64,000 nt of DNA, taken from contig JASMKO010000019.1 of NCBI GenBank assembly GCA_030749225.1, positions 140 to 64,139 on the forward strand, in the 5' to 3' direction. Both the position numbers and the translations under genes were made by a program. This document shows, one piece after another, positions 10,375-25,848 of this stretch. A model generated the notes under the pieces. The model saw nothing but the letters and a program-made list of their open reading frames with translations, made no database searches and was not told where the DNA came from. Positions within the stretch are counted from its first letter, which is position 1. The number at the start of each line of letters is the position of its first letter. Source of the stretch: Verrucomicrobiota bacterium (lineage in GTDB: Bacteria > Verrucomicrobiota > Verrucomicrobiia > Limisphaerales > UBA1096).

Positions 10375-11816
10375 TCACCACAATGACATTGGCCCCGCTG
10401 GTGGCCGCAATCCTGATCCTCGCGATGCCCGCGCAACGTGCGCGTGCGTTGGCGTTGATTGGTGCGCTGGTGTCGTTCGCGTTAACCGCATGGATGCTCA
10501 TCGAGTTTAAAAGTTCAACGAACGATTTTCTGTTCAGGGAGTCCTACGAATGGATTCGTGACCTCAAGGTTCATTACCTCGTCAGACTGGATGGCACAAA
10601 CGCCCTCGTACTGTTTCTTGCCGCCCTGCTTGCACCGATCGTGGTTTGGATTTCGTGGGGGCACAGCGATCGACCCAAGACTTACTTCGCGCTGTTGAGT
10701 CTACAGTTCACCGGACTGTTCGGCACCTTTACGGCTCTGAACTTTTTTCATTGGTTCATCTATTGGGAACTCGCACTCGTCCCGGCATTTTTCCTGATAA
10801 AGCTCTTCGGAAAAAGCGAGGATCGCCACAAGGCCGCCATTAACTTTTTCCTGTTCACCGTATTGGGCAGCGTCGCGATGCTGCTCGGTTTTCTGTTCCT
10901 TTATCAGGAAACCGGGTCGTTCAGTTTTATTGATTTGCAAGACAAAGTGGAGAGCTCGGAGGTCAGTTCGTTGATCTTCGTCGCCATCCTTGCCGGCCTC
11001 TGGGTGAAAGTGCCATTGGCTCCTCTGCACATTTGGCAGGCCCCGGCCTACGCCGCGGCCCCGACACCGGTGGTCATCCTGCTGACCGGTGTGATGTCCA
11101 AGATGGGCGTGTACGGGTTCCTTCGGTTGATTGTTCCGATATTTCCCAACCAGCTCGAACAACATGCCGACATGCTGCTTGGCTTTGCGTTGCTGACAAT
11201 TCTTTGGGGAGCGTTCCTTGCGTTGCGGCAGACGGACCTTAAAAAACTGCTGGCGTTTTCGTCACTTAACCATGTGGCTTACTGTGTCCTTGGCATTGCG
11301 GCGCTTGGCGTTGCTGCAGAAGGTCTCAAGGTTGACGCCCATGAGTTGGCAAAACAGGGTGTCATCCTGCAAATGTTTGCCCACGGCCTTTCCGCTGCCG
11401 GATTGTTCTACCTTGTCGGGTTGCTGGAACAGCGCACTGGTACACGCGACCGCGATACCTTCGGCGGACTATGCTCGGTCACACCCCGGTTCGCCGCGGT
11501 GTTTTATATCCTGACGTTCTGCTCACTTGGCCTTCCGTTCCTCGCCGGATTCGCGGCGGAGTTCCTGATATTTAGCGGCAGCTTTGCCGTTGCGCCCAAG
11601 GTGACGGCGGTGGCCACCATGGGTCTGCTGGCCACAGCTGTCTTCCTGTTGACCATGCTGCAGCGCGTGTTTACCGGCCCGGTGAAGGAAAAACATCAAT
11701 CCATGTCAGACCTGACTCGAAACGAAATCCTGATTTTGATCCCGATACTGATTCTCGTTTTCTGGGCCGGCATTTATCCCAAAACTTGGCTGGCGTTCAG
11801 CCAATTGATTCCCTGA
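10371..11816 (+). CDS. nuoM: NADH-quinone oxidoreductase subunit M, divergent copy 1
   Basis: The ATG at 10371 overlaps the nuoL stop (ATGA). LDGTNALVLFL, FIYWELALVPAFFLI, and PLHIWQAPAYAAAPTPVVILLTGVMSKMGVYGFLRL are ND4-type antiporter-like blocks. The ORF-track extension to 10248 is rejected. Confidence 0.75.
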   Translation: MITTMTLAPLVAAILILAMPAQRARALALIGALVSFALTAWMLIEFKSSTNDFLFRESYEWIRDLKVHYLVRLDGTNALVLFLAALLAPIVVWISWGHSDRPKTYFALLSLQFTGLFGTFTALNFFHWFIYWELALVPAFFLIKLFGKSEDRHKAAINFFLFTVLGSVAMLLGFLFLYQETGSFSFIDLQDKVESSEVSSLIFVAILAGLWVKVPLAPLHIWQAPAYAAAPTPVVILLTGVMSKMGVYGFLRLIVPIFPNQLEQHADMLLGFALLTILWGAFLALRQTDLKKLLAFSSLNHVAYCVLGIAALGVAAEGLKVDAHELAKQGVILQMFAHGLSAAGLFYLVGLLEQRTGTRDRDTFGGLCSVTPRFAAVFYILTFCSLGLPFLAGFAAEFLIFSGSFAVAPKVTAVATMGLLATAVFLLTMLQRVFTGPVKEKHQSMSDLTRNEILILIPILILVFWAGIYPKTWLAFSQLIP

Positions 11817-11817
11817 C

Positions 11818-13308
11818 ATGACCGCACTGCTCACCGTCATATTGAGTTTCATCGGCGCGCTGCTCTGCGGATTCATGCCCGCAAGTGCCCACCAGCGAAT
11901 CCGCTGGGTTGCACTTGCCACGGCGGTAGCAGGGTTTGCGGTGTCGATGGTTTGTTATTTCGACATTACCGATGGGAAATTTCAGCACATACTTGGCGAA
12001 GCTGAAAATTGGATACCCACTCTAGGTATATCCTTCATCACCGGCTATGACGGGATCAGCCTACCGCTGCTTCTTGTAACTGGTCTGGTTGCCATATGCG
12101 GCGTGCTTTTCAGCTGGGATCTCGATAACCGAGCCAACCAATTTTACGCCTATTACTTCGCACTGATCGGAGGGGTTTACGGCGTCTTCCTGTCCCTCGA
12201 TTTGTTCCTCCTTTTTGTTTTTTACGAGATCGCGGTGGTGCCCAAGTATTTCCTAATCGCCATCTGGGGTGGAGTCCGTCGTCAATTCGCAGCGATGAAA
12301 CTGGTGCTCTACTCCTTCGGCGGCAGCGCGCTGGTTCTGCTCGGGATAATCGCCATTTTTTTCCTAACCAAGGATGCCGATGGAGCAATTAAATCATTCA
12401 ACCTGCTTGAATTGCAGAAGGGAGAAGTCGCCGCCGAGGCGCAAACCTGGATTTTCCCTCTGCTCTTCCTCGGCTTTGCCATCCTGGCCGGCATGTGGCC
12501 GTTCCACACTTGGGCGCCGACCGGCCATGTTGCAGCACCCACGGCAACCTCCATGCTGCTGGCTGGCGTGGTGATGAAACTTGGCGCTTACGGCTGTCTG
12601 CGCGTGGCTGTCGGACTGTTGCCGGAGGGGGCCCAAGAATGGGCCACATGCATAGGGATCTTTGCCATCATTAACATCGTTTACGGTGCGTTTGTAGCGC
12701 TCAAGCAGGACGACTTCAAGTTCGTAATCGGCTACTCGAGTGTCAGCCACATGGGCTTTGTCCTGCTTGGACTGGCCACGCTAAACGAGATCGGCCTGAC
12801 CGGCGCCGTGCTGCAAATGTTCTCCCACGGCGTTATTGGCGCCCTGCTCTTCGCGATTGTCGGGACTGTGATCTACACACGTACCAAGACACGCATGCTA
12901 GACGAGTTGCACCACTTGATCGACCGCATGCCGGGCATCGCCTGGGTGTTCGTCGCCGCCGCCCTAGCCTCAATGGGCTTGCCCGGGTTCAGCGGGTTCA
13001 TCTCCGAACTTTACGTCCTGATTGGCGTCTGGGAGTCGCTCTCCGGCTGGATTTTGATCGGGGCCGGTTTCGGCATCCTGATGACTTTCGGCTACACGTT
13101 GGTGAAAATTCACGAGGCCTTCTTCCGCGAACGCAAAACCGGCGACGCACCCAAGGTGGAGACGCCCTACCCCGCGATGACAATCCCCGAGAAAGTCGGC
13201 ATCACCATCCTGCTCGGAGCCTCACTATTGATCGGCATCTGCCCATGGATTTTGACGGATAAAATCACTCCCAGCCTTGAACTGCTGCTGAAGCCGTTTG
13301 CCAACTGA
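11818..13308 (+). CDS. nuoM: NADH-quinone oxidoreductase subunit M, copy 2
   Basis: YDGISLPLLLVTGL, FVFYEIAVVPKYFLIAIWGG, and PFHTWAPTGHVAAPTATSMLLAGVVMKLGAYGCLRV are classical NuoM/ND4 motifs. Confidence 0.85.
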   Translation: MTALLTVILSFIGALLCGFMPASAHQRIRWVALATAVAGFAVSMVCYFDITDGKFQHILGEAENWIPTLGISFITGYDGISLPLLLVTGLVAICGVLFSWDLDNRANQFYAYYFALIGGVYGVFLSLDLFLLFVFYEIAVVPKYFLIAIWGGVRRQFAAMKLVLYSFGGSALVLLGIIAIFFLTKDADGAIKSFNLLELQKGEVAAEAQTWIFPLLFLGFAILAGMWPFHTWAPTGHVAAPTATSMLLAGVVMKLGAYGCLRVAVGLLPEGAQEWATCIGIFAIINIVYGAFVALKQDDFKFVIGYSSVSHMGFVLLGLATLNEIGLTGAVLQMFSHGVIGALLFAIVGTVIYTRTKTRMLDELHHLIDRMPGIAWVFVAAALASMGLPGFSGFISELYVLIGVWESLSGWILIGAGFGILMTFGYTLVKIHEAFFRERKTGDAPKVETPYPAMTIPEKVGITILLGASLLIGICPWILTDKITPSLELLLKPFAN

Positions 13309-13317
13309 CCTGACTGT

Positions 13318-14811
13318 ATGGATTTGGATTTTCAAAAACTGCTATTGACGCTTCTACCCGACTTGGTCGTGGTGGTGGCCTTGTTCGCAGCGTTGGGGGT
13401 GGACTACTCAAGACTTCGCGGCGCAGCCTTGGCTAAGCGCTACGAAACCGCCTACCGCATCTCGGCGCTTGGCCTATTCGCTGGACTGGTAATGGCCGTG
13501 CTACAGGCGTGCGGTAAAATGTGCGTCATGGATGCAGCGGCCACAGCGGGACAACTCAAACTGACCACCAACACACTCACGCTAAAGACTGCCCTCTTCG
13601 CGCTTGCCTTGGCAGTGTTGCCCTTGGCCAAGCGCGATCTCGTCACGACCCATGCCAGCGAATACTTCGCGCTGATCCTGCTCGCGACGCTGGGGATGGG
13701 CTTTGTCGTGACGAGCCAAAATCTGCTGGGCGCCTTCGTGGCGCTGGAACTGGTTAGTCTGAGCCTTTATGCGATGACCGCACTCAATCAATCGCGTGCG
13801 GCCTCCGGCGAGGCAGCTTTAAAATATCTGACTTTCGGCGCGGTCTCTTCCGGGTTCTTGTTGTTCGGATTGAGCTACCTTTACGGAGCTACCGGCGAAC
13901 TTAATTTGGCCAATCTGCCCCAACTCGAATCCACCAGCCTGTTAATCGCCGCCTATCTTCTGATTTTTGTCGGGCTGGGATTCAAACTGGCGCTGGCACC
14001 CTTTCATCTGTGGGCACCTGACGTCTATCAGGCCGCACCCACGCCAGTCGCCGGGTGGATCGGAAGCGGATCGAAAATCGCTGCCGCTGCCCTGCTGCTG
14101 GTGCTATTGCAGCCGGTGGCGAACTCCCCTGAGTTGAAGAAAGCGCTCGTTCTTGCACTGGCCGCACTCGCCGTTGCCAGCATGTTGGTCGGCAACCTCG
14201 GAGCACTGCGTCAAACCAACCTCAAGCGCCTGCTCGCCTACAGCGCAATCGCCAATGCCGGTTATCTTCTGGTAGGTGTTTTGGCTTTTGACTCACCTAT
14301 TACAGATAAAGCCAACGGAAATCAATCGGTGTTGTTCTATATTTTGGTATACTCCATTGCCAGCCTTGGTGCCTTTGCTGTGATCTCCGTTTTAGCAGAT
14401 CGGCTGGGCCGAGATGCTGAGATCAGCGACTTCAACGGCTGCTGGAAAGCGATACCAGGGTTGTCCATCGCGTTCATGATCTTCCTCCTCTCTATGGCCG
14501 GCATTCCTCCCCTCGCCGGGTTCCTCGGCAAATTCTATCTCTTCCTTGCCGCAATCAGCGCGCTACCGGAAGCCGCATCTTTAGATCAAGGGTTTTACTG
14601 GCTAATCGCATTCGCCCTCATGATGAGCGTCGTCTCGCTTTACTACTATCTACGAGTACTAAAAGCCTTCCTCGTCGTCACAGATGAAGACGGTGAAGCC
14701 AAGCAGGTACCAGTTGGGATTGCCGACAGGATTTCTATCTTCGCCTTAGCCGCCATCATCGTAGCGCTTGGCCTCTGGCCGGAACCCCTGCTTGGCTTGC
14801 TGCAAAACTAA
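13318..14811 (+). CDS. nuoN: NADH-quinone oxidoreductase subunit N
   Basis: KLALAPFHLWAPDVYQAAPTPVAGWIGSGSKIAA and NLKRLLAYSAIANAGY are the NuoN/ND2 signature. It is the last gene of the cluster. Confidence 0.9.
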   Translation: MDLDFQKLLLTLLPDLVVVVALFAALGVDYSRLRGAALAKRYETAYRISALGLFAGLVMAVLQACGKMCVMDAAATAGQLKLTTNTLTLKTALFALALAVLPLAKRDLVTTHASEYFALILLATLGMGFVVTSQNLLGAFVALELVSLSLYAMTALNQSRAASGEAALKYLTFGAVSSGFLLFGLSYLYGATGELNLANLPQLESTSLLIAAYLLIFVGLGFKLALAPFHLWAPDVYQAAPTPVAGWIGSGSKIAAAALLLVLLQPVANSPELKKALVLALAALAVASMLVGNLGALRQTNLKRLLAYSAIANAGYLLVGVLAFDSPITDKANGNQSVLFYILVYSIASLGAFAVISVLADRLGRDAEISDFNGCWKAIPGLSIAFMIFLLSMAGIPPLAGFLGKFYLFLAAISALPEAASLDQGFYWLIAFALMMSVVSLYYYLRVLKAFLVVTDEDGEAKQVPVGIADRISIFALAAIIVALGLWPEPLLGLLQN

Positions 14812-14840
14812 TCGTCCCGCTTGGCCGAGTGGAAAACTGA

Positions 14841-16259
14841 TCAGTTCAGGTTTTCGGAAACGGCGGTGAGGGTTTCCTTGGCATCGCCGAAAAGCATGCG
14901 AGTGTTGTCGCGGAAGTAGAGCGGGTTCTCCACTCCGGAATAGCCGGCCGCCATGCTTCGCTTCAGTGCGACGACCGTCCGGGCATTCCATGCCTCGATC
15001 ACCGGCATACCGGCGATGGGGCTTCCGGCATCCTCCAGCGCAGAAGGGTTAACGATGTCATTCGCGCCAACCACGACGACCAGGTCTGTCTCCGGCAGAT
15101 CCTCGTTGATCTCGTCCATCTCAAACACGATGTCGTACGGGACACGCGCCTCGGCAAGCAGAACGTTCATGTGACCGGGCAACCGGCCGGCGACTGGGTG
15201 GATTGCAAACCGCACGTCGACACCCTTGCCACGGAGAGTATCGGAAATCTCCTGAATCACATGCTGCGCCTGTGCGACGGCCATACCGTAGCCCGGCACG
15301 AATACCACACTACCGGCGTCGTTCATCATGCCTGCTACCTCCTCGGCGCTGGTCTCTGTGACAGTTCCCTGTTCCTCACCACCCGCCGGGGTTGTCCCGG
15401 CCGTGGTACCGAATCCACCGAAGATGACGTTGGCTAAACTGCGGTTCATCGCGCGACACATGATGTAACTTAGGATCGCGCCGCTGCTGCCGACGAGCGC
15501 GCCGGTGATGATCAGTAGGTTGTTGTCGAGCATGAAACCGGACGCCGCGGCCGCCCAGCCGGAGTAACTATTGAGCATCGAGACCACCACCGGCATATCG
15601 GCGCCGCCGATGGCCATGATAAGGTGCACGCCAAGTATAAAGGAGATCACCGTGACGATGATCAGCGCGATTAACCCGCCCGTCCCATCTGCCCCAATGA
15701 ACTTCACGCCCAATGGCCAGATGCAGGCGAGCACCATGACCAGGTTGGCCAAGTGGCGACCCGGCAGCAGCAGGGGCTTGCTCCCAATCGAGCCGCGAAG
15801 CTTGCCGAAGGCGACGATCGAGCCAGTGAATGTCACGCCACCGATGAAAACGCCCAACAGAATTTCAATTTGATGAACGATTTCATGGGCTTTGTCCCCA
15901 TGATTGATGTAGCTGGCCAATCCAACGAGTACCGCCGCCAGACCGACGAAGCTGTGCAGAATGGCGACCAGCTCCGGCATGGAGGTCATCTCCACGCGCT
16001 TGGCCAATGCCATGCCGATCAACGCGCCAAAAATCATCAGCGGGATCAGCCAAGCAAAGTTCGTGATGCCGGAGAGCAGCGTCGCCGCAATGGCAATCGT
16101 CATGCCGATGATGCCATATATATTGCCGCGCTTGGCCGTCTCCTGCCTGGAGAGGCCACCGAGGCTCAGCACGAACAATAGCCCAGCCACGAGATAGGCC
16201 ATGGCCATCAGGCCCTGATATTCGTTGGCAGCCGATTCTGTTGCAGCAAGCGTGATCAT
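14841..16259 (-). CDS. pntB: NAD(P) transhydrogenase subunit beta
   Basis: [50 protein letters not shown] and the C-terminal dIII NADP(H) domain ([10 protein letters not shown]...[19 protein letters not shown]) are present. Confidence 0.92.
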   Translation of the reverse strand: MITLAATESAANEYQGLMAMAYLVAGLLFVLSLGGLSRQETAKRGNIYGIIGMTIAIAATLLSGITNFAWLIPLMIFGALIGMALAKRVEMTSMPELVAILHSFVGLAAVLVGLASYINHGDKAHEIVHQIEILLGVFIGGVTFTGSIVAFGKLRGSIGSKPLLLPGRHLANLVMVLACIWPLGVKFIGADGTGGLIALIIVTVISFILGVHLIMAIGGADMPVVVSMLNSYSGWAAAASGFMLDNNLLIITGALVGSSGAILSYIMCRAMNRSLANVIFGGFGTTAGTTPAGGEEQGTVTETSAEEVAGMMNDAGSVVFVPGYGMAVAQAQHVIQEISDTLRGKGVDVRFAIHPVAGRLPGHMNVLLAEARVPYDIVFEMDEINEDLPETDLVVVVGANDIVNPSALEDAGSPIAGMPVIEAWNARTVVALKRSMAAGYSGVENPLYFRDNTRMLFGDAKETLTAVSENLN

Positions 16260-17782
16260 TTGCGGAACATTTTGAGCATACGCTGGGTGACGAGGAATCC
16301 GCCCGCAACGTTAATCGTGGCGATCAGTACCGCTACGCCAGACAGGATCTGCACCGCCTGGTTGCCACTCGAGATGAACAACATCCCGCCAAGGACGATG
16401 ATGCCGCTGATGGCGTTGGTCACACTCATGAGCGGGGTATGTAACGCCGGAGTGACATTCCAGACGACCATATACCCGACGAAACACGACAGGGTAAACA
16501 CAGTCAACTGGTCGAGGAACTCGGAGCCGCTTCCCCAGCCCAACGCAAGCAACAACAGGCAGGCAAAACCCAACAACACCCCAGAGAGCGTCGACCCGCC
16601 CTTGGCCTCCCCGTCTTCCTGTGGCAGGACCGCGGCCGGCTTCGGTTTGGGGGGTGGCGAGGGTGCAGCCGTTTGTGGGGGCGGCCAGGTGATTTCGCCA
16701 TCGCGAACCACGGTCGCGCCACGGACAATTTCATCCTCGAAATCCAGCTTGAACTCTTCACCACCACCAAGCAGACCAAGCAACTTTACCAGGTTGTTTC
16801 CGTACAGGGTGCTGGCCTGGGTCGGCAACCGGCTGGGCAGATCGGTGTAACCAAGGATTGTCACGCCATGCTCGACCACCTTCTCGTTAGGGCGGGTCAA
16901 TTCACAATTTCCGCCGCCCTCGGCTGCGAGATCCACGATTACAGAGCCCTCCTTCATGCCGCGGACCATCTCCCCGGTGATGAGGACGGGGGATTTTTTG
17001 CCGGGGATCATCGCCGTGGTGACAATGATGTCCACCTCGGCCGCCTGCTCAGCGAACAGCTTCATCTCCGCCTCAATGAACTCCTTGCTCATCACCTTGG
17101 CGTAACCGCCCTCGCCGGTGCCATCTTCCTCGAACTCCAGTTCGAGGAACTCCGCGCCCATGCTCCCAACCTCGTCCTTGACGGCGGGCCGAGTGTCGAA
17201 GGCACGCACGATGGCACCCAGCTTGACTGCCGTCCCGATGGCCGACAACCCGGCGACACCGGCGCCGATGACCAACACCTTGGCGGGAGGCACACGACCG
17301 GCGGCGGTGATCTGGCCGGTGAAAAATCGTCCAAACTCACCGGCAGCCTCGACCATCGCGCGGTACCCAGCGATGTTGGCCATTGAGCTAAGCGCGTCCA
17401 TCGATTGCGCCCGGGAGATGCGTGGCACGGCGTCCATCGCGATGGCGTTGACCCCGCGCTTGGCCAGGCGCTCGAGCAGGTCGCCGTTTTGCGCCGGCTG
17501 GATGAGGCTGATCAACGTCGCCCCCTCACGGGCGAGCTCAACTTCACTATCCTGTGGCGGGCGAATCTTGAGCAGGATATCGGCCTTGTCCCAGACCTCC
17601 GCGGCGGACAACACAGTCGCACCGGATTGCTCGTAGAGCGCATCGGGAAACTTGGCCGCTTGGCCCGCACCAGCCTCAATCGATACCTCGAAGCCAAGCT
17701 TGATGAACTTGGCTACGTTCTCCGGTGCGGCGGCGACGCGGCACTCACCGGCCGCAACTTCTTTTGGTATTCCTATTAACAC
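16256..17782 (-). CDS. pntA: NAD(P) transhydrogenase subunit alpha (fused dI plus membrane dII part)
   Basis: (M)[19 protein letters not shown] matches the PntA N-terminus, and [17 protein letters not shown] is the Rossmann motif. A Pro-rich linker is followed by 4 TM segments. The start is GTG, and the stop overlaps the pntB ATG. Confidence 0.9.
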   Translation of the reverse strand: MLIGIPKEVAAGECRVAAAPENVAKFIKLGFEVSIEAGAGQAAKFPDALYEQSGATVLSAAEVWDKADILLKIRPPQDSEVELAREGATLISLIQPAQNGDLLERLAKRGVNAIAMDAVPRISRAQSMDALSSMANIAGYRAMVEAAGEFGRFFTGQITAAGRVPPAKVLVIGAGVAGLSAIGTAVKLGAIVRAFDTRPAVKDEVGSMGAEFLELEFEEDGTGEGGYAKVMSKEFIEAEMKLFAEQAAEVDIIVTTAMIPGKKSPVLITGEMVRGMKEGSVIVDLAAEGGGNCELTRPNEKVVEHGVTILGYTDLPSRLPTQASTLYGNNLVKLLGLLGGGEEFKLDFEDEIVRGATVVRDGEITWPPPQTAAPSPPPKPKPAAVLPQEDGEAKGGSTLSGVLLGFACLLLLALGWGSGSEFLDQLTVFTLSCFVGYMVVWNVTPALHTPLMSVTNAISGIIVLGGMLFISSGNQAVQILSGVAVLIATINVAGGFLVTQRMLKMFRK

Positions 17783-17917
17783 GATTTCAAAAATAAAACC
17801 AAGAGCTCCACCCGAGGTTACCTAGCTTGATCCTGGTGGTATGGCGATTGGTTAGTCTCCCCCCACCGAAAGAGTCGGGACGCTACCAAATGTCGAAGGC
17901 CATTCAAGCCCATAAAC

Positions 17918-19501
17918 TCACGCGCCTGCGAGCGCGCTGCCTTGAGTGACCCCGGGGGCAGGCAACAGGCTGGAGCCGGTGAGGTATTGATCGATGGTGC
18001 GGGCAGCGCCGCGGCCCTCGTTGATAGCCCACACCACAAGCGATTGGCCGCGGCGACAATCACCTGCGACAAAGATGCCGTCAATGTTGGTGGTGAACTC
18101 CCCGTGCTCGCCGACAAAGGTTTGCCAGTTGCCACGCGGGTTTTGCGTCTTCAGGCCAAGCATTTCGCCCACTTCCAATTCCGGGCCGACAAAGCCGGTG
18201 GCCAACAGCACGAGGTCGGCCGGCCATTCCTTCTCGGAGCCTTCCACTTCGCGAAACGGTGCACCACTCTCAGCCGGCTTGGCCCAGTCGACCTCGACGG
18301 TCTTTACGGCCTTCACTTGGCCGTTGTCGTCGCCGATAAACTCCTTGGCAAGAACGTGGTACGCGCGGGGGTCGTCACCGTGCTTAGCCTTGTTTTCCTC
18401 ATGCGAATAGTCGAGCCGATAGACGCGGGGCCATTGCGGCCACGGGTTGTTCGCGGCGCGCTCGTCGGGCGGCTTGTCGAGCAGTTCAAAGTTCACCACG
18501 CTCTTGCAGCCATGCCGCAGCGACGTGCCAATGCAGTCCGCCCCGGTGTCGCCGCCGCCGATCACAATGACATTTTTGTCCTTGGCGGACGTGTACGACT
18601 CATCCTCGAGATTGGAATCAAGCAGGCTCTTGGTATTGCGGGTAAGAAAATCCATCGCGAACTGAATGCCGTCGAGGTCACGGCCGGAGTTGCGGCCGGT
18701 GGGATCAAACGGCTTGGTCGCGCCGGTCGCCATCAACAGCGCATCGTTTTCCTTCAGCAAATCGTTCGGGTCGATGAACTGCATTTCGCAGCCGCGTTCC
18801 TCCATGATCTGCGTCATGTGGCCGGAGGCAAACTCTTCCTTTTTGCCAACGTGGGCGCAGGTGACAAACTCCACGCCAGCTTCGCGCATTAAACTGATGC
18901 GGCGCTCGACGACATTCTTGTCGAGTTTCATGTTCGGAATGCCATACATCAGCAGGCCGCCAATGCGGTCGGCGCGCTCGTAAACCGTCACCGAGTGGCC
19001 GGCCTTGTTGAGCTGATCCGCCGCAGCTAAGCCGGCGGGGCCAGAGCCGACGATGGCAATCTTTTTACCGGTACGCTCAGCGGGAGGCTCGGCGCTCACC
19101 CAGCCTTCGTTGAAAGCACGATCTATGATCGTGTTTTCTATGTTCTTGATAGTGACCGGCGGGTTGGTGATGCCAAGCACGCACGCACCCTCGCACGGCG
19201 CAGGACACACACGGCCGGTAAACTCCGGGAAGTTGTTCGTCTTGTGCAGCCGATCGATGGCTTCGCGCCATCGGTTTTGGTAGACGAGATGATTCCACTC
19301 GGGGATCAGGTTATCCACCGGACAGCCGGAACCAGACTGGCAAAACGGCACGCCGCAATCCATGCAGCGCGCACCCTGTGTCTGCAGATGTGTCTCACTG
19401 GGATTGGTGTTGATTTCCTTGTAATCGTTAATGCGCTCGAGCGGATCGCGGTACGGCACCGCCTCGCGCTCGAACTCCATAAATCCGGTTGGTTTTCCCA
19501 T
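17918..19501 (-). CDS. gltD: glutamate synthase (NADPH) small subunit
   Basis: [49 protein letters not shown] and [19 protein letters not shown] are present. Confidence 0.92.
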   Translation of the reverse strand: MGKPTGFMEFEREAVPYRDPLERINDYKEINTNPSETHLQTQGARCMDCGVPFCQSGSGCPVDNLIPEWNHLVYQNRWREAIDRLHKTNNFPEFTGRVCPAPCEGACVLGITNPPVTIKNIENTIIDRAFNEGWVSAEPPAERTGKKIAIVGSGPAGLAAADQLNKAGHSVTVYERADRIGGLLMYGIPNMKLDKNVVERRISLMREAGVEFVTCAHVGKKEEFASGHMTQIMEERGCEMQFIDPNDLLKENDALLMATGATKPFDPTGRNSGRDLDGIQFAMDFLTRNTKSLLDSNLEDESYTSAKDKNVIVIGGGDTGADCIGTSLRHGCKSVVNFELLDKPPDERAANNPWPQWPRVYRLDYSHEENKAKHGDDPRAYHVLAKEFIGDDNGQVKAVKTVEVDWAKPAESGAPFREVEGSEKEWPADLVLLATGFVGPELEVGEMLGLKTQNPRGNWQTFVGEHGEFTTNIDGIFVAGDCRRGQSLVVWAINEGRGAARTIDQYLTGSSLLPAPGVTQGSALAGA

Positions 19502-19513
19502 TGAAAAAATTGG

Positions 19514-24085
<4,572 letters not shown>

Positions 24086-24262
24086 TCGGTTCAAAACCAA
24101 AAAAAACTGGAAAAAAAAACGAAATCAGCCCGTTTTCCTTTCCCAGACAAAAGCCGCTTACCCTACTTTGAGCGTAAACGGCCGTACAAAAGGCCGGGCA
24201 GCATCCCACACCCAACTCGCTGAAGCAATATTTTAATGGCTAATGAACTACATTAGCTTAAC

Positions 24263-25399
24263 TTATCCATCTGCCGAATTGATCAGCAATGCTTCTTGCT
24301 TTGCCAAGTTTTCTAGATAAATCACGGGATTGGCCATTGCCGCCGGCTCGCTGGCCAAGTCCGGCACCATCGCTGCCAAACGCCAAAACAGCTGATCCCC
24401 CGGATCGACCGGTGCCGGGCCAAGCGCCAACTGGCCAGCCAAACCGATGCAAGGCTTGCCGAGTCGCCGGCAAAGCGTCGCGACTTGGCCCGTCCCCTTC
24501 CCCATTAGTGTCTGCTTGTCGATACTCCCCTCCGCTGTTACCACAAAATCTGCCTCCGCAATGTGTGCCTCCAAGCCGGTCGCTTCAGCAAACACGTCAA
24601 AGCCGGGATCGATCGACGCCCCAGCAAACGCCATCAAGCCAAAGCCAAGGCCTCCCGCTGCCCCGGCACCGGGTGTTACCGAAAAATCGACCCCGAGCAT
24701 CTTGGCAGCAACCTTGGCCAAGCGACCAAGGCAGCCCTCGGCCTTGACAAAATCCTTCGGTCGCATGCCTTTCTGCGGCCCATAAACGCGCGTAGCGCCA
24801 TCGACCCCGAGCAAGGGATTCCGAACATCACTGGCCACCGTCACGCTTGGCCAAGCTCGGCTAGCTGGCGGCTCGATCGCGACCAAACCGCCAAGCCCGG
24901 TCCACTCCTCGATCGCGCTGCCCGACTCATCGCGAAACACCCAGCCAAGCGACCGCGCCAGGCCGAACCCGCCATCGTTCGTCGCGCTGCCCCCGATACC
25001 CGCAAGGCAGCTCGTCGCTCCCGCTTGGCCAGCCGCCAACAGCAGTGCCCCCACCCCGCGCGTGTCCAGGTCAAATGGATGAAACCGCCCCTGCGACAGC
25101 ATCGCCAGGCCGTTGGATTGTGCTGTCTCCACCACCGCCTGGCCAGACTCAGCGTCGAGCCACAAGCCCACCTTCCGCGCTTGGCCTGCCGCGTCGATGC
25201 CCCCGATTAGCCGCTCTTTCAGACCAAGCGCCTTCGCCATCACTGGGCCGAAGCCGTCCCCGCCATCACTCATCGGCAACAGCACCAACCTGTCACCGGG
25301 ACAGGCCGCCGCCCAGCCGCGCGCGATCGCCCCGGCCGCCTCAACGGCCGACAGCGAGCCTTTGAATTTATCCGGAACGATGAGTATTCGGCGCAACAT
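24263..25399 (-). CDS. glycerate kinase
   Basis: ILIVPDKFKGSLSAVEAAGAI, LPMSDGGDGF, GIGGSATNDGG and GAAGG blocks resemble the GlxK/GarK family. The ATG at 25399 (MLRRILIV) is preferred over the upstream ORF-track start. Confidence 0.8.
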   Translation of the reverse strand: MLRRILIVPDKFKGSLSAVEAAGAIARGWAAACPGDRLVLLPMSDGGDGFGPVMAKALGLKERLIGGIDAAGQARKVGLWLDAESGQAVVETAQSNGLAMLSQGRFHPFDLDTRGVGALLLAAGQAGATSCLAGIGGSATNDGGFGLARSLGWVFRDESGSAIEEWTGLGGLVAIEPPASRAWPSVTVASDVRNPLLGVDGATRVYGPQKGMRPKDFVKAEGCLGRLAKVAAKMLGVDFSVTPGAGAAGGLGFGLMAFAGASIDPGFDVFAEATGLEAHIAEADFVVTAEGSIDKQTLMGKGTGQVATLCRRLGKPCIGLAGQLALGPAPVDPGDQLFWRLAAMVPDLASEPAAMANPVIYLENLAKQEALLINSADG

Positions 25400-25465
25400 C
25401 TGGTGGAAAAAACTTGCCAAACAACCCCGTCAAGGCAATCTGTTTGTGCATTATTAGGAAATAAA

Positions 25466-25798
25466 ATGGAGAAACCAACAATAATCACGTACATGAAACC
25501 GTCCTGCGGCTGGAGCAATGGTGTACGCGCCGTGATGCGCAAATACGACCTGCCATTCGAGGATCGCGACATCATCAACAACCCGGAACAGCGCCAGGAG
25601 ATGATCCAGAAAACCGGGCAGATGCTTCAGCCGTGCGTGGAGATCGACGGCCACATGCTGGCCGATGTCAGTGGCGAGGAGGTCGAGGCATACATGCTGG
25701 CAAACAATATCGTTGTGGAGACTGAGCGCGAGACCGATGCCCCGACCAACCAGCCGTGCGAAAACGAGATGCACGAGAGCCAGATCAACTTCCGATAA
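25466..25798 (+). CDS. glutaredoxin-like (thioredoxin-fold) protein with a CxxS site
   Basis: IITYMKPSCGWSNGVRAVMRKYDLPFEDRDI ... QPCVEIDGHMLADVSG follows the glutaredoxin layout. The ATG at 25466 is preceded by AGGAA. The C-terminal tail is acidic. Confidence 0.65.
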   Translation: MEKPTIITYMKPSCGWSNGVRAVMRKYDLPFEDRDIINNPEQRQEMIQKTGQMLQPCVEIDGHMLADVSGEEVEAYMLANNIVVETERETDAPTNQPCENEMHESQINFR

Positions 25799-25821
25799 GC
25801 CAAGCCGGACAAAACAATTTT

Positions 25822-25848
25822 AGGGCGGCCCTCAGCCGCCCTTTTTTT
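25822..25848 (+). terminator. intrinsic terminator after the glutaredoxin-like gene
   Basis: agggcggc-cctca-gccgccct forms an 8-bp GC stem followed by TTTTTTT. It overlaps the 3' end of the convergent DUF368 gene. Confidence 0.7.

Noticed and set aside
17942-18892. Long ORFs antisense to or out of frame with recognised genes. Examples are 17942-18892 (+), 19538-20308 (+), 16673-17386 (+), 45193-46095 (+), 52113-53204 (+), 46865-47764 (+) and 22138-22869 (-).
   Set aside because: These are typical shadow ORFs of high-GC DNA. Each lies entirely inside a gene with unambiguous family motifs (gltD, gltB, pntA, bioF, metH, S8 protease). Their translations are Arg/Ala/Pro-rich low-complexity sequences without recognisable motifs.
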